Positions 9,470 through 20,053 of a DNA stretch of 64,000 nt are shown here, one piece after another. The position numbers and the translations under genes were made by a program. Source of the stretch: Rhodothermales bacterium (GTDB taxonomy: Bacteria > Bacteroidota > Rhodothermia > Rhodothermales > Bin80); NCBI GenBank assembly GCA_965220365.1, contig OZ244823.1, positions 7,125-71,124 on the forward strand. The letters run 5' to 3'. The notes beneath the pieces were generated by a model. It did not search any database, was not told where the DNA came from, and saw nothing but the letters and a program-made list of their open reading frames with translations. Positions within the stretch are counted from its first letter, which is position 1. The number at the start of each line of letters is the position of its first letter.

Positions 9470-10312
9470 TTAATCAGGGATGTTCAGTTCCACAGAACCA
9501 CGATAGACAAATTCGGCGGGGCCTTCCAGATATACACGATCCTCTTCTAAACCTACTGTCAACATTCCTCCTGGCATTTGCACATTGCAGACATCTGATG
9601 TAATGAGCCCGGATTTTCGTGCGGCGACCACACTTGCGATTGCACCGGTTCCACAGGCTAGTGTTTCTGCTTCGACCCCCTTTTCATAGGTCCGAACATG
9701 TATCCCTGTATCTGGTGAATCAGAATCCAACATAACAAAGTTGATATTCGCTCCTTCTGGATGAAGTGCTGGATCATGACGCAGTCGCTCTCCCCATCGC
9801 TCTACCGGGAGTTGACCGATACCGGAAGTAAAACATACGAGGTGCTCTGTTCCAGGCCACAGGTAATGTACCGAGGTGACTGCTTCCGGGATCTCCTTGT
9901 TCAATTCAATGGAACTATCGTAATCCCGGGGAGCCTCCAGGTATATGCGCACCGGCGCATCTCTGGAGACATGGACCTCGCAGATCCCTGAAGCTGTCTG
10001 CATGTGTACGATGGTGTTCTGAAACCCGCTCCCAAATGCAAACCTAGCCAGACAACGTGCTCCATTGCCGCACATGGTACCTTCACTGCCATCTGCATTG
10101 ACATAAATCATCCGATAATCTGCATCTGGATGCTCAGCAGTTGCCAGTGCCAGCACTCCATCTGCTCCTATCCCGATCCGCCTTGGGCATAACCGTTGGG
10201 CGATCCGTGAGAGTTCTGAAACCGAAAACTCATAAAACCGGTTATCCACCACGATAAAGTCGTTCCCGGCACCATTCATTTTCGTAAATTCAACTATCAA
10301 TGCGCGCTTCAT
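9470..10312 (-). CDS. dapF: Diaminopimelate epimerase
   Basis: MKRALIVEFTKMNGAGNDF start plus both catalytic Cys blocks (CGNGARC, ACGTGA). The ORF-track start at 10549 would add 79 non-family residues and overlap phoH. Confidence 0.9.
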   Translation of the reverse strand: MKRALIVEFTKMNGAGNDFIVVDNRFYEFSVSELSRIAQRLCPRRIGIGADGVLALATAEHPDADYRMIYVNADGSEGTMCGNGARCLARFAFGSGFQNTIVHMQTASGICEVHVSRDAPVRIYLEAPRDYDSSIELNKEIPEAVTSVHYLWPGTEHLVCFTSGIGQLPVERWGERLRHDPALHPEGANINFVMLDSDSPDTGIHVRTYEKGVEAETLACGTGAIASVVAARKSGLITSDVCNVQMPGGMLTVGLEEDRVYLEGPAEFVYRGSVELNIPD

Positions 10313-10378
10313 CAGACAACATTTATCACCCTGCTCAGTTGAACCCCCGAGTTTTGATTTGGAACCAAAAGCAAACCA

Positions 10379-11326
10379 TTGGCAGAAACTACTCTCACGC
10401 TTGATCAGGCCGATCCTCTTCTGCTGTTTGGCACGCATGACGTGCACTTGAAGCGAATTGAGTCTGCTTTCCCAAATATCCAGATCACCGCACGAGGAAA
10501 TCAGATCCATCTTCGTGGCCCGAGCGGTTCGCTCGATTCGATTGAGCATGCGTTTACCGAACTTGCATCCGTTGCTGGCCGGAACGGGTCTGTGACTTCA
10601 GGAGACCTTGACACCATCCTCGCAATGGCAACTGCCAATCCACGTCCATCCAATAAGGGGATCGGTGATGTGGTATTGTACACGTCTTCAGGTGGCATGA
10701 TCAGGACGAAAACCCCTGGTCAGGCCCGGCTACTGGAGGCCACCCGCAAGAACGATATTGTATTTGCCATCGGCCCGGCTGGTACCGGAAAGACATATCT
10801 GGCCGTGGCGCTGGCGGTTGCAGCACTAAAAGCACGACAGGTGAAGCGTATCATTCTATGTCGGCCTGCCGTGGAAGCAGGGGAGCGCCTTGGGTTTCTG
10901 CCGGGGGATTTTCGAGACAAAATTGACCCATACCTGCGCCCACTCTATGATGCTCTGGAGGAGTTTCTACCAGCTGAGAAGCTCTCTGCGCACATGGCCG
11001 ACCATGTCATAGAAATCGTGCCTCTGGCCTTTATGCGCGGACGCACTCTGAATTCCTCCTTCGTCATCCTGGACGAAGCACAAAATGCGACAGCCATCCA
11101 AATGAAGATGTTTCTGACACGTCTCGGAATCAATAGCCGCGCCATCGTGACGGGGGATCTCACACAGATAGATCTTCAAGATTCGCGGCAAAGTGGCCTC
11201 TTGGAGGCAGAATCCATCCTCCAGAAGATCAGTGGCATCAGCTTTGTGTACTTCAATAAAATTGATGTTGTACGCCACCGGCTCGTCAAGGAAATCATTA
11301 ACGCCTACGAGAGGAACGGGGATTGA
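10379..11326 (+). CDS. phoH: PhoH-like ATPase
   Basis: 315 aa, TTG start. Walker A GPAGTGKTYLAVA, the ILDEAQN block, and the C-terminal DVVRHRLV typical of PhoH. Confidence 0.9.
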   Translation: MAETTLTLDQADPLLLFGTHDVHLKRIESAFPNIQITARGNQIHLRGPSGSLDSIEHAFTELASVAGRNGSVTSGDLDTILAMATANPRPSNKGIGDVVLYTSSGGMIRTKTPGQARLLEATRKNDIVFAIGPAGTGKTYLAVALAVAALKARQVKRIILCRPAVEAGERLGFLPGDFRDKIDPYLRPLYDALEEFLPAEKLSAHMADHVIEIVPLAFMRGRTLNSSFVILDEAQNATAIQMKMFLTRLGINSRAIVTGDLTQIDLQDSRQSGLLEAESILQKISGISFVYFNKIDVVRHRLVKEIINAYERNGD

Positions 11327-11623
11327 CTACACCTCACTCGTAGTCACGGGAGGGATGATGCACGTTCGAATTGAAGGGTCCATTCCTGTTGAAGGCACTG
11401 GCTTTTCTTGAGATTTCCTGTACAGATCAACTGTACAAGGAGACCTGACAACGAGTTCTGCTCTGGATTCTGCAGACACTCTTAATCCTTGCCCTGAGCA
11501 CAGTCCCCACCACCTGCTGTACCCGTCAGACTTCTCCGCTACAACGGTATCCCAAAAGGGGTCTTCGAAACTCACCGGAACGCTTCCCAGAGGGTTTCCA
11601 ACCTACTGCAATCCAATCGCACC

Positions 11624-14600
11624 TCAACGCACAATGGTCATTGATTCCGATCGCTCGACAATTTTTCCTCCCGTGTCAACTCTCAGCGTGTAATAATATA
11701 CCCCCGAGGTTAAGTCGGCCGTATTCAACTCTATCGTGTGTGCTTGACCTACCCCCAACCGTCCATATGGTAGTATTTTAACGGTTCTTCCCAACATGTC
11801 CGTGACTATAACTGAAATTTGTGCTGGTTCTGGAAGGTCAAATTCTATGTTTGTTACATCTGATAGTGGGTTTGGATAGTTTCCCCAGAGCGTCACCTCC
11901 TGTGGTAGATTCGATTCGGAAATATCCAGCGTCATATTATCCGTGATTGTCACGATGACCTCGTGCGTTGCTTCGTACCCGTCTCCGCTTGCCGTAAGTG
12001 TTAGCGTCACCTCATCGTCAATGATGTCGTCGTCCTCTGCCGCATGCAGTGTCACCCACTGTGCGGTAGTGTAGTTCGTTGACGTGTATGTTAAACTCAG
12101 TGGACTCGGAGGCATATCTGCCAGATCCGTACCTTCATGACCGCTGATCTCCACCGTGACCTCACTGGAAGGCTTCGCTACCAGTGAAACATCAAATCTG
12201 CTTGAGCCGCCCTCCATGACCTTGACCACCGTTGGCGCCGTAATCAACGACGGAATTGGCCAGCTGTCTCTTAGCTGATGCATACGGCTGGCATTTTCCA
12301 CAAGATCGTCTAGATCCTGTCCGTATATCATCGCAAACTCTATCACGATCTCAGAGAGTGCTTCCAGTGTATGAGGACCGGATGCAAAGATCTGTCCATC
12401 TCCACCATTACTTTCCAGTCCTGGAACGATCCCCCCGCTTAGTCCAGGCCATGCTTCTCTTGGAAGACGTACTTCCTGCCATCCATCAGACCATCCATCG
12501 TCATAGGTTCTGTGATGTCTGGGGGCATGGTCTGATAGAACGACATACCCCAAATAGCCTCCTTCTGATATATTCATACTCATATACGGAAGCATCTCTT
12601 CAACACTCCCGTTCTGATACGTAGCCATACCAACTCCATTACTCACAGGTACAGAAAAGTATAAACCCACATGCAATCCCTCCCACGTCCAATCAATCTG
12701 ATTGCGCAACCTATATCGAAAAAGCACTATATCTTCAAAGTGGTCCTGCGAATTCACCATTGACTCCTGAATGATATCTATGCCCCTGTGAATGTTGCCC
12801 GACTTATCGTTTAGCGTTACACGACTTACTTGTTGTCCGTTTTGTGCTTCCTGAATCCTCAATTGGTTAGCCGGTACAAAATCCTGGTTTTGCCCCCATC
12901 CCCCCTCGCGTATGGGAGCACTAAATACCGAACCTGCAACCCTGGATCCTATTCCAACAAGTAGTCCAGCCTGATGGGCAAATTCTTCCCCCTTTACGGT
13001 CATTTCGCCACCGGTTGCAGGAGCGCTGTGGTACTTCGGATAACTGAAGTCTACATACCCAATATTCCCCTCTGAAGTCATCGTGTATCGAAACGTGTTC
13101 GTTTCATGGAGTACAAGCTGTGCGCCATTTACAAGTAATTCCATCGCATCTCCCCCGCTCACAAGCTCTCCTTCTGATGTTTTGATATGGGGCTCGATAA
13201 ATATAAAAGACCGATATGGTGCACTCACATCTGGAATCACCGAAAAATTGATAGAGCCTTTTTCTCCGCCTCGCAGAGCACCCAAGTTTAAGCGGTTACC
13301 ATTTGGAAAGGTCATATGCCCAGGTCTCGCAATCAGCTCAATCGTAAGATTTTCCGCATCTGATAAAAATGACTCAAACGTCGCCGTAAGGTTAATTTGC
13401 TCGGATATGTCCAGACGATCATCATCATTTTCATCCGCTGCCTCCCACTCTATCAGGCGAATGGAAACTTTATCCGTGTCGGTTACTGCCCGATAGGCAT
13501 TCACGTACCCTCGACCGAGAAGCCCAGCATATGACCGTGGATTTGCCTCGTAGATCTTATCGTCTGCGGTCGCCCGAATCTGCTCGCGGATCTGCTGCGG
13601 CGTAAACTCTGGAAACCGTGTCTTGACCAATGCAGCAATTCCGGCTACCAAAGGCGCGGCAAACGACGTGCCGCTATACTCGCCATACTCATTGCTAAAT
13701 GATGTCGTCAAGACTCTCGCACCAGCAGCACAGACATCGATGCTGTATCCGTAATTATATTCATTGCGATCCGAGTCAGCAAATGTGCCACAAATGCTGA
13801 GTGTTGATAGAAACGATGATGGATAATGCCCTATATATCCTCCAAGCCTGTACTCATCGTTCCCTGCAGAAGCTACAACGAGGCTCCCAAGATCTTGAGC
13901 CGTCTGATAAACCATCCCGGTCGTACGACTGTACCCTCCTGAGAACCCATAGCTGGCATTAATGATATGAGCACCGTTTGCCGCGGCATATAATACCCCA
14001 TCCTCAGGATGCAGAAACTCACTGCTCGGTCCATCTGTTACGTTGATCGGCATGAATGTCGCGTTCCAACTAGTCCCAGCCAGCCCCTCATTGTTGTTCG
14101 CAACGGCAACGGCTGCTCCTGCAACTCTGGTACCATGGGAATTAGGGTTCCCCACCAATGGCTTGGAATCATTTGAGTTGTTATAAAAATTCCAGCCATG
14201 CACATCGTCTACAAAACCGTTATTGTCGTCATCCACCCCATTGTCTGGAATTTCTCCCGGATTTACCCAAAGATTTGCCGCCAAGTCGGGATGTTCCCAT
14301 TCTACACCGTCGTCAACTATGGCGATCACCACCTCTCCTTCCTCTCCCTTTACGACATCCCAAGCCTTTGTTATTTCCATCCTCTGCATATATCCCGCAT
14401 CCGAAAACATTGGGTCATTTGGGATGAGTAAAGAGTCTCTTTCAGATGTACCCAGATCCCGGTTTATCCGTGCTGAAGCCGGATCAATAAAGCTGCGATA
14501 CTGAGGTTCAGCATAACTGACCCCTGAACTATTCTCAATCATTCTGGCAGCTTGATGCGGCGGGATGTCCGCATCATATCTCACGCGAAACACCTGCTTT

Positions 14601-15025
14601 AATGTCTGTACGCTCGCCAATTGTGCCCGTTTGCCTGTTAAGTTCTCTAGAAATGGAAATGCCGGCTCCATTGATTGAATTTCCAGCACGGATGGATATG
14701 CGGCCTTGCCCAGATACACACCGGGTTCATATTGAACCAGTATCACGCCAGGTTCAACCGTCTGATCTATTTCCAGTGGTTGAGAAAATCCTGGAGTCGC
14801 GAAAAATGTTGTGATCACAAAAAATGCAACCACCTTGCTCCAGATTGGAGAAAAAATGGATCTGCTCTTGTGTACGGTTTCCCCTAGTACAGAGGGATGT
14901 TTTTGAGGGACATACTCCTCCTTTATCAAACGCTTGATGGGTTGCATCATGTGAGGATTCATTGATCTATACTTTCTCCATTGCTTGAATGATAATAACT
15001 GCACAAAAGCCTTGATAACCTGCAT
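11624..15025 (-). CDS. Secreted subtilisin-like S8 serine peptidase with a T9SS (Por) C-terminal sorting domain
   Basis: Catalytic triad blocks AIVDDGV, HGTRVAGAA and GTSFAAPLVAG. The last ~90 residues (WGNYPNPLSDVTNIEF...SGVYYYTLRV) form a type-A T9SS CTD. The true start may be ATG 14962 (MNPHMM...), ahead of the signal anchor. Confidence 0.85.
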   Translation of the reverse strand: MQVIKAFVQLLSFKQWRKYRSMNPHMMQPIKRLIKEEYVPQKHPSVLGETVHKSRSIFSPIWSKVVAFFVITTFFATPGFSQPLEIDQTVEPGVILVQYEPGVYLGKAAYPSVLEIQSMEPAFPFLENLTGKRAQLASVQTLKQVFRVRYDADIPPHQAARMIENSSGVSYAEPQYRSFIDPASARINRDLGTSERDSLLIPNDPMFSDAGYMQRMEITKAWDVVKGEEGEVVIAIVDDGVEWEHPDLAANLWVNPGEIPDNGVDDDNNGFVDDVHGWNFYNNSNDSKPLVGNPNSHGTRVAGAAVAVANNNEGLAGTSWNATFMPINVTDGPSSEFLHPEDGVLYAAANGAHIINASYGFSGGYSRTTGMVYQTAQDLGSLVVASAGNDEYRLGGYIGHYPSSFLSTLSICGTFADSDRNEYNYGYSIDVCAAGARVLTTSFSNEYGEYSGTSFAAPLVAGIAALVKTRFPEFTPQQIREQIRATADDKIYEANPRSYAGLLGRGYVNAYRAVTDTDKVSIRLIEWEAADENDDDRLDISEQINLTATFESFLSDAENLTIELIARPGHMTFPNGNRLNLGALRGGEKGSINFSVIPDVSAPYRSFIFIEPHIKTSEGELVSGGDAMELLVNGAQLVLHETNTFRYTMTSEGNIGYVDFSYPKYHSAPATGGEMTVKGEEFAHQAGLLVGIGSRVAGSVFSAPIREGGWGQNQDFVPANQLRIQEAQNGQQVSRVTLNDKSGNIHRGIDIIQESMVNSQDHFEDIVLFRYRLRNQIDWTWEGLHVGLYFSVPVSNGVGMATYQNGSVEEMLPYMSMNISEGGYLGYVVLSDHAPRHHRTYDDGWSDGWQEVRLPREAWPGLSGGIVPGLESNGGDGQIFASGPHTLEALSEIVIEFAMIYGQDLDDLVENASRMHQLRDSWPIPSLITAPTVVKVMEGGSSRFDVSLVAKPSSEVTVEISGHEGTDLADMPPSPLSLTYTSTNYTTAQWVTLHAAEDDDIIDDEVTLTLTASGDGYEATHEVIVTITDNMTLDISESNLPQEVTLWGNYPNPLSDVTNIEFDLPEPAQISVIVTDMLGRTVKILPYGRLGVGQAHTIELNTADLTSGVYYYTLRVDTGGKIVERSESMTIVR

Positions 15026-15315
15026 CCGACCTACGAGTTGCAGCGATCATCAGTGCTTCATCTTCCAGATTCAGAATAACGAATCATCAGGAGGAACACT
15101 TCCTGAATGTGGAACATGATACTTCTTTCTGAATCAGTGAGCCATCATGGCCGGTGGATCTTAATTCCGTCGGCAGCAAGATGGTAGGCACTTAGACGTA
15201 TCCACTGAGACCCGGCGACAACCGATTCGACCCCAAGTTAAGCCTGGAGGTTCCACGGATTACATAATTTTACCCATGCCTGATCTGTCTATTAGCCTGC
15301 CAGACACGGACAATA

Positions 15316-15348
15316 AAGCCGTAACAGACGGACTGGGCGGGGCGGCTT
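15316..15348 (-). terminator. Hairpin downstream of the FkbM-family gene
   Basis: aagccg...cggctt outer stem enclosing a ccgt/acgg inner stem. On the minus strand it is followed by tattgt. It lies about 150 nt after the stop at 15501, so the assignment is weak. Confidence 0.25.
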
Positions 15349-15500
15349 GGTAACAAATTCGACACAAGATTCTTTTGGCAACATCTACCAACAACCGTCC
15401 AATTCCTAAAATAGCAGATACTGCACCACCAATTGTCATTTGTAAGATATCTCCATGCGATGGCTATAGCCCGGACTTTAGGTATCCAAACGCCAGTTCA

Positions 15501-16232
15501 TTATTGCAGGTCCTGACGGAAGAAGACAGCATCCACCTGGAGAGTTTGTTCAGTCTCTGGATCAACGAATACGGGCTCCAGCAACACAGGTTGGAATTTT
15601 CGGTGTTCCAACTCCTGTAGAAGTCTGGCATAGCTCTGGCCTCCATCAAAAAGTGGCACCAGTGACAATTCTATCTGCATTCCGACCATCTCATCTAGTA
15701 CATCCCCTGCCCCATCAATCACATGCCCCTCATAACCCTGAGTATCAATTTTCAAAAAGGGATTCGCACCAGGTTGAAACTGCACACCGTACAGGTCACT
15801 TAACCTCCGCACCTGAACCGTAGTCGATGATGACGTCTGCGCACCCGAATATACTCGAGTCTGTCGTTCCAGGGGGGCCAGGAATGAACTGCATTTATCG
15901 TCCTTAGCGATATTCATCTCAGCCTCCTCTGGAGCACTTCCCAGTGCGTATTGGAAAACCTCCCAATTATCGTCCTTTTTTGCCTTGCTTAGTAGGGACT
16001 GAAAAGGTTTTTCCAATGGCTCAAATGAAACGATCCGCCCCCGGTAGTCGGCATCTCTCAACTCAGATGCAAACCCACCGTCGCTTGCCCCGGCATCAAG
16101 GACGAGATCTACACCCACGCGTTCCAGCATCCGCTGTCTCCGTGCAGTAAATGAACCCGCCGCATTGAAGCGATTCACCTCTAAACCAACTCTACGAAAC
16201 TGCTGCTTCAAAAAAGTCCTGATTCTCATCAA
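15501..16232 (-). CDS. FkbM-family SAM-dependent methyltransferase
   Basis: 243 aa. VLDAGASDGGF SAM loop and the FLKIDTQGYEGHVIDG block characteristic of the FkbM family. Confidence 0.8.
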   Translation of the reverse strand: MMRIRTFLKQQFRRVGLEVNRFNAAGSFTARRQRMLERVGVDLVLDAGASDGGFASELRDADYRGRIVSFEPLEKPFQSLLSKAKKDDNWEVFQYALGSAPEEAEMNIAKDDKCSSFLAPLERQTRVYSGAQTSSSTTVQVRRLSDLYGVQFQPGANPFLKIDTQGYEGHVIDGAGDVLDEMVGMQIELSLVPLFDGGQSYARLLQELEHRKFQPVLLEPVFVDPETEQTLQVDAVFFRQDLQ

Positions 16233-16759
16233 ACGAAAATTTGGTGAGAAGTAGCTGGCTCCATTAGTCGGTTTCTCTGCATTCCTTCAGCAATCTGGTC
16301 CTTTGTGTCCAGACAACGGGTGTGGTGTTACAGGAAAGTTTGTTTATGTGCCTTTGAAGACGCTCTGGGCTGAGCTTGTGAAGGCACTCACATGTACCTT
16401 CTTCAGCACTACCCAAATAATTCAATTCCGCTGGTGTGTGCCCCGCCTTTAACATGCCACGAATATAGAATGTTTTGTGGACTCACGCTCTTCTGGCAAC
16501 CCACGATGTACTACAGAATTATCTGTATTGTTTGGAACAAAGATACCTTCATAGAGCCTCTTGCAAAACTCCCAAATCGGGTGATTTTTTGAGGATTTTG
16601 GTTTTTCGAGGATTCTGGTTCTATCTGGAGGGCCTTTGATCTGATTGGGGTCTGCGACTTGTTTTCCAAGACGTTTGTCGACTCAAAAACGAGGGACAGG
16701 AGCCTCCAAATTCGTATCTTTGGGAGGTACGAACTCATCAAAAAAACGCGGAGGCTCCG

Positions 16760-17803
16760 ATGTCCCTCAGAAAGAAATTACGCGGATTTTATATTTCCTG
16801 TCAGCAAGAGTTGTTCCCTCAGGTTGAGCAGCATTACGGTTTGCTTCCGAGGCGGTACAGGACGTTGTTGTACGTCTTCAAGATGGTGGAGGTGGAGAAC
16901 TTTTTGCCCCGTCCGGTGCTGCGTGCGCCGGGGCGTCCGCAGGCGCATCGCGCCTCGCTTGCCCGGTCGTTTTTGGCCAAGATGGTGTTGAATATTCCCA
17001 CGACGGCTGGCTTGCATGAGCGCTTGCTTTCCGAGAAGATGCTTCGGTCTCTGTGTGGTTGGTCCCGTTCGTGTGATGTCCCCAGTGCCTCCACGTTTTC
17101 GCGTGCATTCCAGGAATTTGCTGCGACCGCACTGCCCTCTCGGCTCCATGAGGCACGGATCCAAAAAAACTGTCAGGAGCGTCTGATTGGGCATATTTCC
17201 CGGGATTCAACGGCGATTGAAGCGCGTGAGAAGGCCGTGCCAAAGAAAAAGAAGCCCGCCCCGGTGGCCCACAAACGTGGGCGTCCAAAAAAGGGAGAAG
17301 AACGTCCAAAGGCGCCCAAACGTCTGGTACGCCAGCGTACGATGACGCTGGAGGAGATGTTGGACGATTTGCCAAAAGAATGTACGGTTTCGTGCAAACG
17401 CAATGCGAAAGGGGTTACGCAGTCCTGGACGGGATATAAACTGCATATGGATGTTGCAGACGGCGGGATTCCCATCAGTGGTCTGGTCACCTCGGCATCG
17501 CTCCATGACAGTCAGGCCGCCCTTCCATTGGCAACCCTGACGGCCCAGCGGGTCGATCACTGTTATGATCTCATGGACAGCGCCTATGACGCGAAGGCGA
17601 TTCATGCCCATAGTCGGGCCTCGGGGCAGGTGCCGATCATTGATTCGAATCCCCGGACGCGAACCGCGGCGCACCGTCGTGAGAAAAAGGCACAGCGTAC
17701 GGCCGGGTTTACCCCACCGGAGCGGGTACGTTACCGGGAACGTTCCACGGTCGAGCGGGCCTTTGGACGACTCAAAGATGAGTTTGGCGCACGTCATGTC
17801 TGA
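16760..17803 (+). pseudogene. Transposase of copy B, 5' part (347 codons), cut by the nested IS insertion
   Basis: Contains GRP..HRASLARSFLAKMVL (InsH/DUF772-like N-terminal region), D1 ISRDSTAIEA, D2 LMDSAYDA and E YRERSTVERAFGRLK. The frame runs into the inserted element and stops at 17801-17803 instead of continuing as RVRGYQKVM... as in copy A. Confidence 0.9.
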
Positions 17804-19955
17804 ACTTCCCCCCTAAATTCTCGTCTGTTCGGTTGTATTTGAGGATTCCCCCTCTTCATCAAGGTCTTCGTCCCGTTTATTCGCGGTGATTTTCTCTGGA
17901 TCGGGGTCAAAAGCGGGTTATTTTCATTGATTTCCGCCTGTTCGGTGGGATTTTCGGGTATTTTGTTGGGGGATATACCTGTCCATGTATGTTTTTGATT
18001 TAATGGGAAGTAAATGGCTCAGTATTTGCATTTATCCGAAATATTTCGTATTTTTATGGGAGTCACAACGCTTTTTATCTAATATAGTCTGTCCATGTTT
18101 GTCGACAAGATCCCCAACCGGAATTCCAATCCAACTTGGCTCATTCGTGAGTCCAATTGGATCAATGGCAAATCCGTCAAAACCACCCTCGCCAATATCT
18201 CCAAGCTCCCCATGGAGATCATTGAGGGACTTCGGATTCTCCTCGCGGGCGGCACCGCGGTCAAATCCGTTGAAGACGCCTTCACCATTCGCAGCAACAC
18301 CCCGCACGGTCATGTCGCCGCGGTCCTGGGGATCATGAAACAGCTCGGACTGCCTGAACTGATCGCGCCGAAGAATTCCCGCTTCCGTCGATTGGTGCTC
18401 GGCATGATCGCCGCACGTGTGATCAAGCCCGCCAGCAAGCTCGCCACCAGCGCCATGTTGGATGTGCGCACCGCTGCCTCCACCCTCAATGAAGAGCTTG
18501 GACTCAAATGTGTGGATGAGGAGGATCTGTATGATGCGATGGATCAACTGGTCAAACACAAGACAAGTATTGAGCAGCGTTTAGCCAAGCGCCATCTCAA
18601 GGAAGGCGGCCTGGTGCTCTATGATGTAACCAGCAGCTATGTGGAAGGTCGGAAGAATGAGTTTGCCGCCTATGGCTACAACCGGGACAAGAAGCGGGGC
18701 AAGCAGCAGATCGTCATCGGTCTGATGACCGATCCAGAAGGTTGTCCGGTGTCGGTGGACGTCTTCCGCGGCAATACCGCAGATGTCAGTACGCTCGGTG
18801 CACAGGTGGCCAAGCTTCAGCAGACCTTTGGTCTCAAGCAAGTGGTGTTGGTCGGCGATCGGGGGATCTTGCAGCAGAAGCAGATCCAGGAAGAATTGAT
18901 CCCCGTGGGACTCGACTGGATCACCGCCATGAAAAAGAATGAGATTCGTGCGGTGGTGGAGCAGGAATCGGTGCAGATGAGTCTGTTTGATGAGCAGGAT
19001 GTAATGGAAATTCACAGTGATCTGTATCCAGCGGATCGGTTGGTGCTGTGCAGAAACCCCTTGCAGGCCGAGAAGAGCAAGCGGCAGCGGGAAGAACTCC
19101 TGATCAAGACGGAGAAAGCCCTGGACAAAATTGTCGAAGCCACCCAGCGCGAGCAGTGCCGGTTAAAGTGCAAAGGCAAAATTGGCGTACGCGTCGGGCG
19201 GGTGATTGGGAAATACAAAGTGAGGAAGTTCTTTACGCTGGAGATCGAGGAGGAACACTTTGCCTATAAGCGCGATGAGGCGGCAATTGCGAAGGCAGAA
19301 AGGCTTGACGGCTTGTATGCGATCCGTTCAAGCTTGAAACAGAAGCCGGAGGCGACCGAGTTGGTGGCGAATTATAAGCGTCTGTCCACGGTTGAACAGG
19401 CCTTTCGCACGATGAAAACGATCTCGTTGCGCGTCCGCCCGATTCATCATCGCAAGAAAAACCGGGTGATCGCGCATGTGTTTTTATGCATGCTGGCCTA
19501 CTATGTGGAGTATCATCTGCGCCGGAAGCTGGCCCCGATACTGTTCGCAGAAGATGATCCAGCGGGGAAAGCTGCGCAGCGCAAGAATGCTGTGGAGCCG
19601 GCCAAACCCTCTCCCCAGGCGAAAAAGAAAGCCCGAACCAAACGGAATAATGAGGGAGAAAAAGTCATGAGCTTTGCCGAAGTAATGGACGAACTGTCCG
19701 CGCTTTGCCGTCTGGTTGTGGTACCGAAAATCAGTACAGACACCTCAGACGAAGTGGTCATGATGGAGGCCATCAGCCCTACGCAACAGCGGGTGTTCAA
19801 ACTTCTCGGCTTCAAGCCTTAGGAAGCACTCGGTTGACAGAACCGAACAAATACCCCCAAAGGCCCCCTGCCGGGGCTGTCAATCTATCCGCATAAAATC
19901 CCCCAAATTGTTAGGAATATCGTATATTAGAATCGGCAGAAAGGGGGGAAGTTCA
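17801..19955 (+). mobile_element. IS1634-like (IS4-superfamily) insertion sequence, 2155 bp, nested in copy B
   Basis: 14-bp terminal inverted repeats tgaacttcccccct (17801-17814) and aggggggaagttca (19942-19955). Flanked by the 8-bp duplication gtcatgtc (17793-17800 and 19956-19963), which occurs only once in copy A (308-315). Subterminal tgttcggt repeats at both ends. Confidence 0.9.
18095..19822 (+). CDS. IS1634-family-like DDE transposase
   Basis: 575 aa, apparently intact. MFVDKIPNRNSNPTWLIRES... N-terminus resembles IS1634-type transposases. D1 LVLYDVTSSY, D2 VLVGDRGI, E block YKRLSTVEQAFRTMK. Confidence 0.8.
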   Translation: MFVDKIPNRNSNPTWLIRESNWINGKSVKTTLANISKLPMEIIEGLRILLAGGTAVKSVEDAFTIRSNTPHGHVAAVLGIMKQLGLPELIAPKNSRFRRLVLGMIAARVIKPASKLATSAMLDVRTAASTLNEELGLKCVDEEDLYDAMDQLVKHKTSIEQRLAKRHLKEGGLVLYDVTSSYVEGRKNEFAAYGYNRDKKRGKQQIVIGLMTDPEGCPVSVDVFRGNTADVSTLGAQVAKLQQTFGLKQVVLVGDRGILQQKQIQEELIPVGLDWITAMKKNEIRAVVEQESVQMSLFDEQDVMEIHSDLYPADRLVLCRNPLQAEKSKRQREELLIKTEKALDKIVEATQREQCRLKCKGKIGVRVGRVIGKYKVRKFFTLEIEEEHFAYKRDEAAIAKAERLDGLYAIRSSLKQKPEATELVANYKRLSTVEQAFRTMKTISLRVRPIHHRKKNRVIAHVFLCMLAYYVEYHLRRKLAPILFAEDDPAGKAAQRKNAVEPAKPSPQAKKKARTKRNNEGEKVMSFAEVMDELSALCRLVVVPKISTDTSDEVVMMEAISPTQQRVFKLLGFKP

Positions 19956-19963
19956 GTCATGTC

Positions 19964-20053
19964 CGAGTGCGTGGCTATCAGAAGGTGATGTGCCATCTGA
20001 TGTTTGCCATCGTGGTGCTCACCGTGGATCAATTACTGCGGCTGATCCAATAA
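19964..20053 (+). pseudogene. Transposase of copy B, displaced last 29 codons plus stop
   Basis: Identical to 316-405 of copy A (RVRGYQKVMCHLMFAIVVLTVDQLLRLIQ*). Confidence 0.9.

Noticed and set aside
9470-10549. Long N-terminal extensions suggested by the ORF track: dapF to 10549, hemH from 49929, the D-TA-like gene from 41908, uppS to 40951, the wHTH gene to 41389, the PPTase gene to 21213, the Omp85-fusion gene to 25548, the TPR gene to 9458, and rplU from 4070.
   Set aside because: In each case an internal ATG reproduces the family's canonical N-terminus or signal peptide and removes overlaps with neighbouring genes. The extensions have no family similarity.
15190-15300. TPP (THI-box) riboswitch-like strings on the plus strand: ctgaga at about 15213 and acccatgcctgatctg...gccaga at about 15265-15295, resembling CUGAGA and ACCUGAUCUGGAUAAUGCCAGC.
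   Set aside because: The two boxes are about 75 nt apart with the insertion in the wrong place; the variable P3 stem precedes CUGAGA in real THI elements. The GGGGUGC 5' strand is absent. No plus-strand gene follows, and both neighbours are on the minus strand and unrelated to thiamine.
16264-16455. 63-aa minus-strand ORF plus an adjoining frame (YEGIFVPNNTDNSVVHRGLPEERESTKHSIF...) that abuts the left end of IS copy B. I considered a gene truncated by the IS.
   Set aside because: Reconstructing the pre-insertion sequence (a single CATA) joins it to only 44 bp of spacer after the PPTase stop. No upstream half of a gene exists on the other side of the IS, and the fragments match nothing I recognise.
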